A stretch of DNA of 16,377 bases from Longimicrobiales bacterium (lineage in GTDB: Bacteria; Gemmatimonadota; Gemmatimonadetes; Longimicrobiales; Gaopeijiaceae): assembly GCA_041570315.1 (NCBI GenBank), contig JBFFWJ010000018.1:1-16377 (forward strand), written 5' to 3'. How positions within the stretch are numbered: position 1 is the stretch's first letter; each line of letters begins with the position of its first letter. Positions 15,482-16,377 of this stretch are shown piece after piece. A program made the position numbers and the translations under genes. The notes beneath the pieces are model-generated. The model searched no databases and had not been told where the DNA came from. It saw only the letters and a list, made by a program, of their open reading frames with translations.

Positions 15482-16284
15482 CGGGTTCGCTCCTGCCCGC
15501 GGAGCGCGACGCGCTCGAGCGCTTCCGGGCCGACCTCCTCGAGCCGGCGAGGCCGGACGCCGACGAGCGCGCGACGCTGGCGAGCCACGGGGGCGATCCG
15601 GCGCTCGAGGAGCGCGCGTGGACCACCTTCGTCCTGCGGACCGTGCTCCTCGCGGGACGACGGGTGCGAGCCGGGACGCCGGCGCTGCTGCGGTTGAAGG
15701 GCGATGGCTCGCCGTCGACCGAGCTGGAGCGGCAGGTCGAGGAGGAGATCGGGGCTGCGCTCGGGGCATTCGCGCCGGAGGCGGTGCTCGTGGGTGAAGA
15801 GACCGGTGGCCGCCTGGGCGCCGCTCGTTGGGCGCTCAGCGTCGACCCCATCGACGGGACCTGGGCGTTCCTTTCCCACACGGAGACGTTCTCCGTGGTG
15901 ATCACCCTCTTCCGGGATGGGCGGCCCTACCTCGGAGTCGTCGGGAGTCCCCTGCTCGGTGAGGTCGGATACGCCGTTGCCGGCGGGACCACCCGGCTGG
16001 TGCGGCTGGACCTCTTCGGTGAGGGCGACGAGGCCTGCTCCCTCCCCCTCGCGGATCGCGATCCGCAGAAGGTGCTCGTTCACCTGCACCCCTCTCCGGC
16101 CGGCTCGAGGCTGATGGCCGCGATGTTCGGCGCCTGGGCCCGAGGCCGCGTCCGTATGGTGCGCGCGCCGGGCGGGTCGCCGTCGTGGGGCCTGCTCGAG
16201 GCGGCCCGAGGGCACTTCACGTACGTGAACGAGTGGGCCAGATCCCCGGCGGATCCCTGGGATCTGGCCGCGGGGGTCCTGCTC
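15478..16284 (+). CDS. Inositol-monophosphatase-family phosphatase (IMPase/SuhB/CysQ-like). It appears truncated or joined at its C-terminus.
   Basis: The GTG at 15478 overlaps the upstream stop (GTGTGA). IMPase motifs are present: GDGSPSTELERQVEEEI, VLVGEETGG, WALSVDPIDGTWAFL...FSVVITL...PYLGVVGSP, and GGSPSWGLLEAARGHFTYVNEW...PWDLAAG. The ORF has no stop inside the window, so it is absent from the supplied ORF track. After WDLAAGVLL the homology switches to MscS (next feature). Confidence 0.72.
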
Positions 16285-16377
16285 GCCATGTTGCGTCCGT
16301 TCAAGCCCGGGGACTACATTTCGGGCGCCGGCACCGAGGGTAGCGTGCGCGAGATCGAGCTCTTTACGACCTTGCTC
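16264..16377 (+). CDS. MscS-family mechanosensitive channel fragment (end of TM3 and start of the beta-domain). It is in frame with, and fused to, the IMPase-like ORF.
   Basis: DLAAGVLLAMLRPFKPGDYISGAGTEGSVREIELFTTLL aligns residue for residue with E. coli MscS [41 protein letters not shown]. The upstream hydrophobic TM1/TM2 that MscS requires is absent. This stretch has more T-ending codons (ttg, cgt, att, ggt, ttt) than the rest of the window. Confidence 0.55.
   Translation, partial: MAAGVLLAMLRPFKPGDYISGAGTEGSVREIELFTTLL

Noticed and set aside
123-15905. Many long reverse-strand ORFs (for example 1471-3249, 6017-7846, 8111-9424, 9409-10725, 11309-12973, 13106-15769) and overlapping forward-frame ORFs (for example 13210-15213, 5461-6642)
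   Set aside because: They are Arg/Ala/Gly/Pro/Asp-rich low-complexity translations of the kind expected from stop-codon depletion in about 70% GC DNA. Each lies antisense or out of frame to a + strand gene with clear family homology. None shows recognisable motifs.
1-16377. Mobile elements, CRISPR arrays, tRNA/rRNA genes
   Set aside because: I found no direct-repeat or spacer periodicity, no transposase- or integrase-like ORFs, and no cloverleaf-like or rRNA-like segments. Coding density on one strand is near 95%.

Overview
This window is high-GC (about 70%) bacterial DNA, and every gene I can support is on the + strand and tightly packed. The long antisense ORFs are R/A/G/P-rich and I treat them as high-GC artefacts. 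I count fourteen supported genes and a terminal fragment, in four parts. (1) 177-3282: a nitrogen-assimilation trio of an Amt ammonium transporter, a PII protein (GlnK-like, with no Tyr at the T-loop modification position) and a type I glutamine synthetase. (2) 3303-5040: an SPFH/flotillin-like membrane protein with EA repeats, then an orphan 132-aa ORF. (3) 5054-11489: a stressosome / partner-switching locus. It holds a membrane-anchored dCache-HAMP-STAS RsbR-like sensor, a globin-coupled RsbR that keeps the heme proximal-His motif, RsbS, a single ORF fusing the RsbT kinase to an RsbX-type PP2C phosphatase, an RsbU-type PP2C fused to an RsbW-type GHKL anti-sigma kinase, and an RsbV-type STAS antagonist. 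No sigma factor lies in the window. (4) 11498-16377: an S4/TVGYGD voltage-sensor-type K+ channel with a C-terminal cyclic-nucleotide-binding domain whose phosphate-binding cassette is non-canonical, then an 856-aa protein, then an IMPase-family phosphatase. The 856-aa protein has an unassigned N-terminal domain, an APH/choline-kinase-like phosphotransferase domain, and a NUDT9-homology (ADP-ribose pyrophosphatase-like) domain whose Nudix box has lost two of its three catalytic Glu, much as the TRPM2 NUDT9-H domain has. The last about 100 nt switch to clear MscS (TM3/beta-domain) homology inside a shared LAAGVLL microhomology, which I read as a probable chimeric or assembly junction. The most interesting candidate is the channel + kinase/degenerate-NUDT9H + IMPase trio, which sits directly downstream of, and translationally coupled to, a sigma-less stressosome output module.
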